From NCBI GenBank assembly GCA_010909165.1, contig MU008199.1, positions 645,425 to 709,424 on the forward strand: a stretch of 64,000 bases of DNA. Reading direction: 5' to 3'. Below, one piece after another: positions 1 through 12,225 of this stretch. Below the pieces are notes generated by a model. It had not been told where the DNA came from. It ran no database searches and saw only the letters and a program-made list of their open reading frames with translations. Source of the DNA: Anthoceros angustus. Taxonomy: Eukaryota > Plantae > Anthocerotophyta. Made by a program: the position numbers and the translations under genes. Within the stretch, counting starts at the first letter, position 1; each line of letters opens with the position of its first letter.

Positions 1-3000
1 AAGTGACAGACAACACGCCTAGTAAACTCGGCACCAAAGGGTGACAACATATAGATCGATAAACGCAGCCCAAACAATGTGAAAATAGCATCATCGGGCA
101 CGGCTTGCATTAATTGTTTCTCCGCACGCAGATGCGTTGATCGAATCGGGTTGTGCTCATCTCAAGACCACGATTGATCATGAACCACCGTAACTTCCTC
201 GGTAAGAGTACTCACCTTCCTCGGTTGCTTTCATAGACATAGGCGTGACTTGTTCCCCGGGCGTGGTTAGCCTACTGGACTTCTCCATCGTGCCCATGTG
301 GTGCCATTGTGAACTTGCAACGAACAATTTGAGTGGCAAAATGCATTCCTCCGGATCCCAAGGCAAGCTATACAGACTCGGGCAAATGCTTTTCCAACAT
401 ATAGTATTGTCCGACAACCACCTCCTCCCCACTGGAATTCTCTTTTACTCCAAGGCAATACCGAGACTCCAACGCGTGTGCTTGGCCTTAGTGCAAGTCA
501 GTAAAAATCCAGCCCTTCATCCGTGGTCCGAAGACAAGGAAGTTATCTCCAACTTCCAAGATATCCGCCATCTACGAGACATCATCAACATCATCATCCT
601 CACCGCTTCAATTGTTGGAAGTGCACGATCGAATCATCGGTGGACTTGGTCAACCGCTTGTCGTGTTTGTCGGGGCCAGCTGTCCATGAGGTGTGATTCA
701 GACCTCCAAAAGCCGATGAGGCACCATTTCACACCGAATGGTTGCTCTCCATACACTGTGCAAACATGCAAGGCTCCGTGAATTGCGTGGGGTCATGCAT
801 GTCACAACCATATGTGTGCATTTGCTTGGATCTGTATGGGGTCACAACCAAATTTGTTTCCTTTACTCTTTCCAATGAGCCAAAACCGGTGAACATGATC
901 AAGAACTTGCATAAGAGCGCACAGAGAGATGTCGCAGTACTCCACCACATCTGCAGCATTTTCCATCCCGCCAGTGGGGACGACACAGCCGCAGAGCACG
1001 CTTCAAGATGGCACTGCACCATCGTGCTCCCCTTCCGTGCCCACTTCCAAAATAAGACCAAAGCATGTTGCACCCACCGTGATGCTAGGATACCGAGCAA
1101 TGAAGTAGCTAGGTCGACACGCTTTGAATTGGCTAGCCGCCCATCCGACCAGACCTGTTCTCGAGGTTGAGGAATCCGCATCCTGCATCCACGCCAATCG
1201 CTTTAGCAAACAAAGGTTGCACAAATAGAGTGTCATGGACCATGTCATCGCTAATATAAAAGTGATAGTACTTCTCAATTGATGCGCCGGTCCTCTGCAT
1301 CAACAGGCCATTGCGCTGTAAAACCAACACCAAAATAGTAACTGGTCGCTCGCCAGCATGGATTGAATCTCATTCTGGACCCCAAATGCATAGTTCGAGC
1401 AAAATCGCACCGAAACCACAACATCCTGTGGGAACCATTCGAGACAATGTCGAACTCTATCCCGCCATCGGATATAATCATGAAACGAAACTCCTTCACC
1501 TTACCTTGGATACTCCACAAACACGGAAGGATGTGTTTCCTAAACACTAGTTTGATCCTTTTCTTGTTGCCATGATCCTTTCCGACTACGATATTGAAAA
1601 CATACTTAAGAACGATTTGCAATATCCAAACATGTCTCGAAGGCGAAGGAAGTGTGTTGACACCACACTGTCACATGTTCCTAGCAAGCATGCGGAATGC
1701 GGCAAAGATCCTCACCCTTTGCACAAAGAACACGCTCACATAGTGTCCCGATCAAGCCAAACAAGTGGAGGCGCATAATGAAGCTCTTGAGCCAAAGGAT
1801 GAGCACACACGAGAACAATGACACCGCCACGGGTGAACCACGAGATGCCCGGAGGTTATTGAAGGCATCTTTAAGGAACGCCATTTCCACATGGTACCGA
1901 CAGCAGAGATTGCGCTCTTGCAAGCTCTTAACAAAGAACGGCTTCAACTTCTCGAATGACCGTTGCCCAACTTGTATTTCCTGTTCTTGATGTGGAGGTA
2001 GAACTCCGCACATGTCACGAAGAACACACCAATCACCTAAGAAACCTTGGTAAAAGCAACACCAAACCCACAATGGAGGCCACATGGAGTCGCAGATCAT
2101 ATGTGAGCATAGGGCATTGGGGTCAAACATGCAAGCTTGGGTCCCACCGACGAACAAAGACAAACATGTAACACACTCGGCCCATTGTCTCTGTTGGCGA
2201 TAGGTGGTCACCACTTAGTTGCCCAATAGGAAGACACCCTACGGTTGTATGAGGAAGGAAACACAAGCGTTAGAAGGACCCAAGACACGCCCTTCGGATC
2301 GCAACCTAGACACAAATCTCAAACCTAGCAAGCCAAACTTCACATTACGCCCTTGAGAAGAACAATACAATCAACACTTCAAACTCGAAGTCGATAATTC
2401 CACATACCGTGATATGTCCAGTGCGTGATATGTTTGATGAACGTTTTCGGTGCTATTCGCAACCGCTTGGTATCTTTTGTGTTGGATGAAGGACGGGAAG
2501 CTGATTCCCAAAAGTGGACGATGGTGGCCTTAACATGTGGCGAAAGGATGTCAGATCTTGATCTCCTTCCATCACCCAACCAGGATCTGTCACCAGAGGC
2601 ATGCCCTCCCTGCCTTGTGCTTAGGGCTCGATGGATCTGCCTCCTGCTGACTCCAATGTGGTGGGAAAGCGTAGCAACAAGGTGATTGTCTTGGAGATCT
2701 TGAGATAAAATGACGTTGAACAGGGTGTTCCTTGCTCGCAAATGGTCTCCAACTTGAACTGCCTTCAAGTTTGTGCAAGCCTCACGCACATTCTTCAACA
2801 ACAATGCTCCTAGTTGGATCTCTTTTGCATCCTTTGTAGCCCCTGGCCTATATAACTTGAGAAGTGGTAGGTGACTAAACACCTCCAAGATGTCTCTACG
2901 ACTGTATGCGTGTAAGGCATAAAGATTAGTGTACGAGCCACTTCTTGCGCACCGAGCATTCCCTAATACGAATTGGCTGCAAGAGCCCCGCCGCTCTATG

Positions 3001-3910
3001 CTTCTCGCACACGGGCTGTTGATGTTTTGACGCCTCTCCTTCAACTCTCCTGGAGCATCCTCCCTACTCTCCTTGGCGCTGGAGGACGTGACTGCTTAAC
3101 ATCCGCTCGCCCACCTCCGTGATGTATCCTCGCCTTCTTCTTCCCACCACGGACACCGACTTCACGTGAAGCACCTTCAGCAGTGCTGTCGCTACCGACG
3201 TTTGCTTGCCGCCATCGACTCCGTTGTTGGGAAGGTGACCGAAACAGCACCAAAAGAAGGGTTTGCAGGCACCACCTCCAACGCCACGGCACTATCCACC
3301 GTATTTGAAGCGACACCGCCCGACTATCCACCAACCCGCGGACCTACTTGCAACTTGTAGCGCCGTCCGAACCTCGATCCGCTCCTTCCACCACGTCCTC
3401 CACATGTAGCCCGGAGCTTGTCACGATTACCGATAGCCATGAGTTCAAGTTTGAGCTCACGGAGCTTGTCATTATTACTAGCCTCGAGTTCAAGATGAGC
3501 TCTGATACCTAGGTCATTTGCCGACAAAAGCGATGCACGTACTCGTCCGCACCACTGTAAATGATATTCTATGTTGATTATTAAACTCGGAGCATTTGAA
3601 GGCAGCGTTGGCGGGCCGTTCGGCCACGAGTTCGTGAAATGAAGGCAAAAGGCCACTATGTGGGGACATTGTCCTTAAACAAGTTGAATTTTTATAAGCA
3701 TATTTTAATATACCATTCTTTATTAAATTTTAATCCTAGATAAAAATAGACATGACTATAACATGTAAAAAAAATCAGACAAGTTGGAAAAGAAATGAAT
3801 TTTTCATAATTGTAAACATTGCGTGAGGACAAATTAAGAGCGTTTCAACCGTTTCTAACTAAAGTGAGCACCCAACCATGCTTATACCCAGAGCTTGAGG
3901 GGGCGGCCCC
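1..3910 (-). mobile_element. Sola-like (Sola2-type) DDD DNA transposon, frameshifted transposase; runs off the window start
   Basis: Minus-strand fragments in order: RSFEKLKPFFV..CCRYHVE (~1885-1965), DFA(E)NY..QNEIQS (~1360-1410), FYISDD.VHD (~1225-1265), WSDG..SQFK (~1120-1155), YFGSGHG(K)GEHDGA (~1015-1055). The putative 5' terminus at 3910 reads GGGGCCGCCCCC, fitting the GRG termini I recall for Sola2. Confidence 0.6.
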
Positions 3911-3915
3911 AAATT

Positions 3916-4289
3916 TGTCACGAGAAGGGTCTTAGGGAGTGTAGGATTTGCGCTGGTGGGAGGATTGCCCACTATACGGTGATTTGGGGGGTCCCCATGG
4001 ACGCCGTTGCGTTTGGGCGGTGCCTCTCTTGGCGAGGAGTCCGCGCCGGAGTCATCAGCGAGTGGCGTGACTCACCTAGGCGGGTGAGGGAGGCGCAGTC
4101 AGTGAGGTCGTGAGCAGAGAGGTCGGGAGGCGCACCCTCCATCCGCAGTGGGAAGGGCTCCCCACTCCTTCGAACGAAACCTATTGTACAAACCAGCGAT
4201 TAGGATAAGTGTGGCTGGCCGAGAGGGTTCCGGGGTCCCGAGAACCTCCCACCACCAATAAGCCTAACTCAAAAGATTAACGAGGTAAG
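3916..4289. mobile_element. LTR-like fragment (gypsy-type TGTCACG start)
   Basis: Starts TGTCACG at 3916, is non-coding and abuts a gypsy RT fragment. Shares an ~85-nt motif with the LTR-like sequence at 27121-27209. Confidence 0.4.
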
Positions 4290-5331
4290 TTAAGCTAAGT
4301 TATATAAATAACTCCAACAAATGAGTTGATCTTTCAACTCCTGCCATGCTCCTTCATGCTCCAGTTTCCACTGCCAAGCCATATCATTCTTGAGTAAATC
4401 ATACCACGGCTTGCAGATCGCACTCATGTCCTTCCTAAACCTGCGATAGTAATCGACTAGGCCTAAGAAAGCCCTTAGTGCTGCCACATCCCGTAGCCTG
4501 GGCATCTGCATCACAGCCTGAACCTTTGCCAGCTATGGCATGATCCCTTCTGACACAATCTTATGCCCGAGATACTCTATCCCCTGAAAGGCAAAGCTAC
4601 ACTTCTTAGGATGTGCTTTCAACCCTGATTGTGACAGCCTTTGTGGCAACATTTCTAAGTGCTCTTCCAGCGTCTCACTAAAAACCAATATGTCATCAAT
4701 ATAATACTTCACAAACGGCATACCTTGCAGCTCTAGATCTGCGATCCGCTAAAAGTATATAGAGGCATTCTTCAGCCCAAATGGCATGGTTTCCCATTTC
4801 CATAGCTGATCTCTGCCCAAGAATGCCATCTTGCACTTGTCTGCATCTTCTATGACAATTAGATTGAAGCCTAAGCGAAAGTCGAGTGTGGTGAATTACT
4901 TGGCCTTGCCGATAGCATCAAATATCTCATCGTGCTCGGCATGAATCTCTCAACTCTGTCACCTCATTCAAGGGTCGATAAGTCACCACACATTCCGTGA
5001 TCTTTCCACTCACCATTCTTGTCCTTCTTCAAAGGTACGATTGTGGCGGTGAAAACTACAAATTTGATTTCTTGATCAATCCAACATCGTAAAGCTCCTT
5101 GCAGCGTTTGTCTACCACATCCCACTCTACCGGGCTTTATCTACGAAGTTCTTCGAAAGATAGCTCTTGAGTTGTGGTCACGATCTTGAACTTGATGCAA
5201 TCGTACTTGCCCAGCTCATTCCAACTGAAGGCAAAAGCCCTCTGGTTTCGATCTAACATCTCCCTGATCTTGACTTGATCTTCCTCGCTGATGTCGCCGG
5301 ATATCTTCCACACATGAACTTCTTTGATCAC
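4290..5331 (-). mobile_element. Ty3/gypsy reverse transcriptase fragment (pseudogene)
   Basis: Motifs FTTLDFRLGF, MPFGLKNA, YYIDDILVFS, KCSF..IEYLGH and LRAFLGLVDYYRRF, with stops and frameshifts. Confidence 0.9.
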
Positions 5332-5870
5332 TATCTAATATCAAATTGATTATTTCATGATTCAGATTGGTTATCACAAGACTACTATTAGTACTATAGC
5401 TTATGTCTTGCGCATACCTCTAGGTTTTGTGGTCATAGCTCTTTATGTTGATATTCTCTCTAGATCTTGTGTTCATAGTTCTTTATATTGATTATCTCTT
5501 AATCTTTATCGACACCCTTAAGTCCTTGAACACGCCTTAGTTAGAATTGAGTTCGAATTTCACATGAATGATAATGATATTTTGAAAACTATTTTGTTGT
5601 CCAAATGAATCACGATGTTCAAAATCTTACCATCATCATTCATCAAGCCAAGTATGTAGATGACTTGCTCATCAAGTTCACATGGAGAATTGTAAGCCTA
5701 TAAATACCTCTACAAGTTAGTGTGAAAGCTATGTCACATGAAGATGATGCAAGGTCCAAATGAACGCCAAACCATGTACCCAAACTACAAGCTAGATATA
5801 GCTTTCTCGTGTTCTCACACCTTCCTCTTCATGGTGAATCCTAGCCCTACTCACTAATCCTTGTTGCTGT

Positions 5871-5972
5871 ATGTCACGTTATCTATCTTCTTTGAGATGT
5901 CACGCTATCTATTTTCTTTGAGATGTCATGTTATCTATCTTGTTTGACATGTCACGTTATCTATCTTCTTTG
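5871..5972. repeat. Minisatellite, 26-bp unit x~4
   Basis: ATGTCACGTTATCTATCTTCTTTGAG repeated head-to-tail with few substitutions. Confidence 0.9.
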
Positions 5973-6226
5973 CTACTGATCAATGACGAGGAATCTGTTG
6001 TTTTGATTATAATCTTTGTAGCTAGATTGCCGCAAACATACTCCCCCAAAAAGAAGAAGAAAAAATAATAACAAAAAAATAATTCAGGTATGCTAAAGAA
6101 CTAGGAATTAAAACATACTAGTCTTCAATTTCGCTCATCGTTGACCTTAGCCTTCAAGAAGGAAAGAATAATGCATTACTTTAATTTCACGTTCTTGTAC
6201 ATTTATAATCTGTGATGGTCATTGGT

Positions 6227-9200
6227 CCCGGTTTTCTTGTCTAGCCTAAGGAATTTCGACAACCGGCTTATGCAGGTTTTAAGCGACATCATCGCCCCAG
6301 GCACATTCGGGTCCACAAGGATTTTGATTGGACGACTTGGGAGGCTCAGCTGCGACTTACGTCTTCATCTACTTCCACTGTTGTCCCATTGGCCCCAAGT
6401 ACCCCTCTTGGGCCCTCTCCGGAGTCTTGGCTATGGCTTCAAGGGCAGTCTGATCATCTTCTGGCTTTGTACGAAGCACGCTTCCCGGGTCCGCGCCTTT
6501 TTCGGTGCCTCCCACAATGCCTCAGACGACGCCTTTTGCCTATCGCCTTCCTTTGGACCGCAAGACAGACCCGGGAACGAGGCCGCCAGGCCTTGTTCCT
6601 TTTCTCCTCGGTGGTGTCTTTGTCGCTGTGGTGGTTTTGGGGCATCGAGGTCACCTCTCGTCGTTCGGCGGGATTGGGAGCTTTTGCGGAGGAGGCCGAG
6701 CGCCATGCGGTCTTGGTTGATTGGTGCATCGGGTTCATCCGGACCCTGCAAAGGCGCGTCTCAAATGATGCCTCCTACTGGGTCGCGCTGGGGAGTATGC
6801 TAGGGCGGCTCGGGCTCTTTGCTCAGTGCCGGTGGCGGCTGCCTCCGAGGAGACCATTGCTGCTCTTCGCGGGCTTCATCCAGGCCCAAGGAGCTCCACT
6901 TCGTAGGACATTCGGGACTTCGTCTCTGAACATCTGTCTTGTCTTGACAGAGCCATCTTCGGTCGGGACTTAACCACTGCCCCGCGCCTCTTTTCATGGC
7001 CTGGTTATGAACTCGCGTTTTTAAGCTCCTGCTGCGTCTGGCCATTTCTTTGACTAAGATGTGAAGAGAAGACCTTGAGGAGGCTCGCGCACCCGGAGAG
7101 AAAGGCGGGCGATTTCAAAGAGAGAACACACATTTGTCCGTGAAGAGAGCCGAAGGATGGTACCTACCACGACTCATCCGCCGGTTGTTAAGTGTGGAGG
7201 TCTTGTCCATGGCCAAATCATGCCACGATGCCGCATCCCTAGGTAGCCTATCTGGAACAGTCTATGACCACCTTCGGGACCATTTTATTCCTGAGGATCC
7301 TTCTAGCGGTTTTTCCGAGTTTTCCTGTTGTCGGCGGAGGGGAGACTCCTCCTCGGATCTCTCAAGTGTTGGGTGCAAGCAGGTTGTTGGTGATGGAGAA
7401 GCCCACCCCAGGAGTGTGCTCTATTGCTGTCCGGGAGGCGTTCCTGTGACTTATTGGTCGTAGTATTTGCCCTCCAGCACCGGGAGCGCCCATGCCCATT
7501 TTAGTCCTCCTCAGTTGGGATTGCTACTACGGGGATGCAGTCCTGTGGGTTTTAGGGTGGAGTTTTCCTAGACCCACCTTGATGTTCTTCGTGCCGACGT
7601 GGAGAATGCCTTCAACACTGTCTTACGGTCGGGCATCTTCGACGAGCTCAAGAACGCAGGTGGGCAGTTGGCCGACCTTATTCCCTTTGTCCGCTCCTTT
7701 TATGAGTCTACTTCCAACCTCTATTATCAGCATGGCCCCTTGGTGGAAGGGGTTTCTGTGTTAAGCTCAGCGATGGGCACTAGGCAAGGTGACCCTCTTG
7801 GGGGTGCTCTCTTTGCCATGGCACATTTGTGGCTTTTGTCTTCAATCTTTCGTGTGAGAATGTTTGTAGCCCTGTAATCGATGATATCCATATCCTTGGG
7901 CCTGGAGACAAGGTAAAGGTGACGTTTGATTCCTTCGCTTCAGAGCTCTCCCGCCTCGGTTTCAAAATCAAAATCATTAAATGCAATGTTTGGTCTCCCT
8001 CTGGCGTTGTGCTTTTTCTTCGATGTTCGAAAGGGGATATTGCTTCTCCGCTGGGGCTTCGGGTTCTTGGTGTCCCGATTGGGCCTCCTGCCTTTACCCA
8101 GGATTATGTGGATGTGGCTTTGGCTGAGGATTTGTTGCACATCGATGACCTTTCTGAAATGGGAGACCCGCAAGTGGCATTTGGGATCCTCTCCTTTTGT
8201 TTTGCGCGTTGACCAGGGTACCTTCTCCGAACGGTTGCCCCCTCCCCGGTTTTCTTGTCTAGCCTAAGGAATTTCAACAAGTGGCTTATGTTGGTTTTAA
8301 GCGACATCATCGGCCCAGGCACCTTCGAAAGTGTCTTGACGGGATCTTCTTGGCGGCATTTTTCCGCCGCTTTTGGGGCATTGGTTTGCTGGCCATGGAG
8401 GCCTCCGCGCTAGCGGCTTTCTTAGGGAGCTGGGCTCTCTCTACCCCATCTTGTCCTCCCGTTTCTTAATTCGGCAGTCACATATCCTAGAGGCTTTTGT
8501 CGTGGGCGTTGAGAAGGGACTTTTCCTATGCAGGCCTTGCTAAGATTAGCCAGGGACTCTTAATCCTCCGAGGCGAGGGCTGCCATGCCGTCTTTTTCCT
8601 CGCTTCTCGAGGTTGGGCTCTGGGGGCTTCAAGCGTCCCTTCTAGAGAAACAGTACGGGCAGGTGCAGTTGGCCCTCCTCCGGGATTTCTCCATTCCTAG
8701 GCCCACTCGGGCTCTTCTCCGCTCTTGCTCGGGTAAGGGGGCAAGTTGATAGCTTCTGGCTTGACCGAGTATTCAGGCGTTCCGCATCGCACCAGCAACT
8801 TTTTCCACCGTGATGCGTTTTCGCCTTGGATTGGTCCAACCTTTGGCTTGCTCTCTTTCAACTTGCAGCTGCAGGGCCCTCTCGATGACTTTGGAATAAA
8901 CTTGGCTCGCTGTCCCGCAGGTGGGCAGCGTATCGCTACGCATGATACCATACGAGACGTCATGTTCTCTATTGCTAGGGAAGGCGGGTTCCTTCCATTT
9001 AGGGAGCGCCCTGACACCCTGCTCAACGGTATTTCGCTTAGGGCATATCTATTTTTGATCCGAGGGGATCAGGTTTCAGTTGCTGATGTGGTTGTAACCG
9101 ATCCTACCCGAGATAGTGTCTGCGAACATGTTATTCTTAACCCTCCAGGTTGGGCGGCGGAGGGATGTGCAACGGATAAGGTCCAGAAGTACTCTCCTAT

Positions 9201-9675
9201 GCAAGACGGCCACGCCTTCGTCCCCCTTGCTATTGAGACTCACGGAGCCATGGGCAAGGATTTCTCTAGGTTCGTCAAGCCTTGACGAACCTAGAGAACT
9301 TAGAGAAGCCTTGACGAATCCTTACCCATCGTTCGCCAAGGCTTATCATAACCGCAAGAATGGGGTTGGCCTTCGCCTTTCTTGTATTGTTGCTTTCTTC
9401 CGGCAAAGGGTTTCCATCGCTCTGCAGAGGGTGTTGGCCAACACAGTGTACAGAACGATAGTGAGCGCGGGGGATGCAGCTTTTTCGACACCGGTGGTAA
9501 GTAGGCCTTTTCACATCCATGACCACAAAGTTCTTCAGGCGGTTGGTAGTTTTGAGATGCGTGATCGTGGGGGCTAGTCCCCCTGGCATGGTGCCCTTCG
9601 TTGGGTTTTTCCCCCTTTGTTTTTGGGGTGGATGAGTTTTTCCCATCTCTTTTTTATAATAAAGTCTTCTTTTCC
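6227..9675 (+). mobile_element. CRE-clade non-LTR retrotransposon (RT + C-terminal zinc knuckle + restriction-like endonuclease), degenerate, 13-bp TSD
   Basis: Motifs DVENAFN, GTRQGDPLGGALF, IDDIHILGP, LGVPIG, C..GG.RIATHD.IRD, DVVVTDP, DKVQKY, FVPLAIETHG and FRQRVSIALQR. AATAAA near the 3' end. GATGGTCATTGGT flanks both ends (6214-6226 and 9676-9688). Confidence 0.85.
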
Positions 9676-10141
9676 GATGGTCATTGGTGAAGAACACTTC
9701 ATGCTTAGTAGCATATCTAAGCTAATTAGTAATGTATTATTAATATATATAGTATATAAAATATGAATAAAAAATATTTTTGACTATTTCGAGACTTTTA
9801 TGTGGTAGCATGAGTATTTAGTAATTTATTATATGTTATGATAAGGTCAATTTTTAAGTGAAAATTAGCTTGAAATTAATGTAAAAAAAATGCAACCACT
9901 GGCAAATGGTTAGGTGGCTCCGCAACCAAAAAGCTTCTATCTCATATGGTTAGTATTGGCTCAAGGTGAGTAACACTAGTTTGTCTAAGTTGTCTTCTTC
10001 TTTTGGGGTCTCTATAAATTAGGGGTCTCTCCGATTTCAGCTACCGTTTTGTTGCTCCATGTCTGGTTTGCTTTATTTCTCAAATGTTGGTCAACATGGA
10101 ACATGTCCTTGTGCTTGGATCATCTCACTCTGTGAACACTT

Positions 10142-10277
10142 GTTGATAATTAATATGCTTGGATTAAGTACTTCAGTTGATAATTGATATGCTTGGATTA
10201 AGTACGTCAGTTGATAATTGATATGCTTGGATTAAGTACGTCAGTTGATAATTGATATGCTTGGATTAAGTACTTCA
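10142..10277. repeat. Minisatellite, 34-bp unit x4
   Basis: GTTGATAATTGATATGCTTGGATTAAGTAC(G/T)TCA, four nearly identical contiguous copies with no spacers. Confidence 0.95.
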
Positions 10278-10416
10278 CTTTTCAAGCTGCAGCTTGTTGG
10301 ATATATAGGACCACAAGTACAACAAGTATTAATCAATTCACACTTACTATTTAAAGTGTAGCTTCATTGTAATCATGTCAAGCATGCAAAGATTCATAGT
10401 ATCCAGGGTGACAGAG

Positions 10417-10498
10417 TGCGAAGAACTTGCAGTAGTTCTTCATGTCCTTTTCCATTGCGAACAACTTGCACTAGTTTTTCATGTCCTCTTCCACTGCG
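10417..10498. repeat. Tandem repeat, 39-bp unit x2
   Basis: TGCGAAGAACTTGCAGTAGTTCTTCATGTCCTTTTCCAT followed by a near-identical copy. Confidence 0.8.
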
Positions 10499-10999
10499 GG
10501 TTCACAGTAGCAATGTTTAGCGTGTAGGTTCATACTTATATATATCAAGGACACAAGTACAAATGGTGAAGATCGGCATCTAATTACATGTATCAAGAAC
10601 ACAGGTACAAATGATATTAGATTGCAATGGTTTTCGTTTACAGTTGAAGTGTAGGCATGTCCTACTTGCGCCTAGCCATATTTTCCATCTAGTTATACAT
10701 ATTGGGAACAAGTATAACTACTAGTTAACTCGTGACTCAGTTCATAGTTATAGTTGAAGTGATAACATATACGATGATGACGATTGCAGGAACTTTATTT
10801 GTTTCCGTGCCCTACCCTTAGATAAGTTTGCTAGCATACTAATAGGCAATAATAAAAAAACATCATTTAACACTAGGTCTTGGCAGTTTGGTTGTTCATT
10901 GGTCATGGTGTCCATTCTTTGCAATGTCAAGTGTGTGTCATACTCACAATCTTATATTATCTAGCAATGAATCAGTATCAGTTTATTGCGGCAATGGAA

Positions 11000-11345
11000 G
11001 TGATAAAATATGATGATGGTGATTGGTTGTTTTGGCTCAAACCCTTAATAATCCAAGTGATAACATGTGATAATGGTGATTGCAAGAAGCTTAGTTGGAG
11101 CACTTAAAACCTTAACTTAGAAACAATGGGTACCATGATCATCTTAGCTCATTTGGTTTAGTGAAACTATTAGTTTAGATACACTGGTGGCTATAATGAT
11201 TTGCGCTCAATTGGCTCAATCGAAACCCTTAATTTTGATTCAAGTGGGCACCATAATGAGTTTAGCTCATTTCGCTGAGTTGAAACCATTAATTTAGAAA
11301 TAGTAACTACTATAACAATTTTACCTGAAACAAAACCCTAAGCTT
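11000..11345. repeat. Degenerate ~58-60-bp tandem repeat
   Basis: Recurring ATAATGA..TTAGCTCATTTGG..GAAACCCTTAATTTAGA blocks at ~60-bp spacing. Confidence 0.55.
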
Positions 11346-12225
11346 ATGTATTATAGCTACCATTTTAGTCCAATTTATGATGTGTGAAGTAGAAACAATC
11401 ACTCTTTTTATTTTTTGTAGTCCAATTTATAATCTTAAAATAGTCACTAGGGCAGGATCTACATTTTTTGGTAATCCAAATCCTTGGGGAGGTAGTCAAT
11501 GTGCATTGTTTTTTATTTTTAATAATATAATATCTCTTTTTATTTTAATAATAGTAAAAATATGTTACCATAATGTTGAGGATGGTTATGAGGTCTTTCA
11601 CATCTATAGTTGCAAGACTGCTGTGTCCCTAAATATGAGATTTGGTAGGTGGATTAGCTAAGTCTAGAAGAAATGGTATGGAGGTGATTATCAGTTGAAT
11701 GAAATGAAGGGAGGGACATCGAGTTCATATTCAGTGTATTAAGTTTTTTTTGGCTTAGCGCTTAGCCTTAGCCGGGGCCCGGGGGCCAGTGCGGGTCCGG
11801 GAGCTTAGTAGGATCCCAGCCAGGCTAGCTTGATGGGAATGAGAAAACATGGGGGTGTGCAGTGGAGAAAGAGCATGGGCTTGGCACCCTTTGGGTTTAC
11901 ATGGAAGCGAGACAAGGCTGGAAAATGGAGTCTGATGGACTGTGCACATGTTTGATGACACAGAGCGTGATGAGCGTCGGCGTCGGCAGCAGCAGCACAT
12001 TCCCATCCCGGCTGCGGAAACGGAATCCAGGCAGGAAGCAAGCACTGCTGCTGCAACTTGATTATACCTGCACCTGCAATGCCAATGTAGGGTCGGAGTT
12101 GTACCGAAGAACGCGGCCTGGGCTCCCACTTCCCAGACAAGCCACCTGCGAAGCTTGGTCGGCCAATATGAGCTAGGACACAGGTTTTCTAATGTTGCAC
12201 CACCCAGGTGCTTAGCAGCACGGAC

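Noticed and set aside
245-1170. Plus-strand ORFs of 140-180 aa
   Set aside because: Antisense shadows of the minus-strand transposase.
4140-4215. Hammerhead ribozyme/retrozyme (CGAAAC followed by a stem)
   Set aside because: No CUGANGA core in any of the three copies, and the stem is followed by ATA out of register for the A-U core pair.
10142-10277. CRISPR-like 34-bp repeats
   Set aside because: Repeats are contiguous with no unique spacers, there are no cas genes, and the context is eukaryotic.
11755-12176. ORFs upstream of the host gene
   Set aside because: No recognisable motifs. They lie before an acceptor at 12207, so they are probably 5' UTR or intron.
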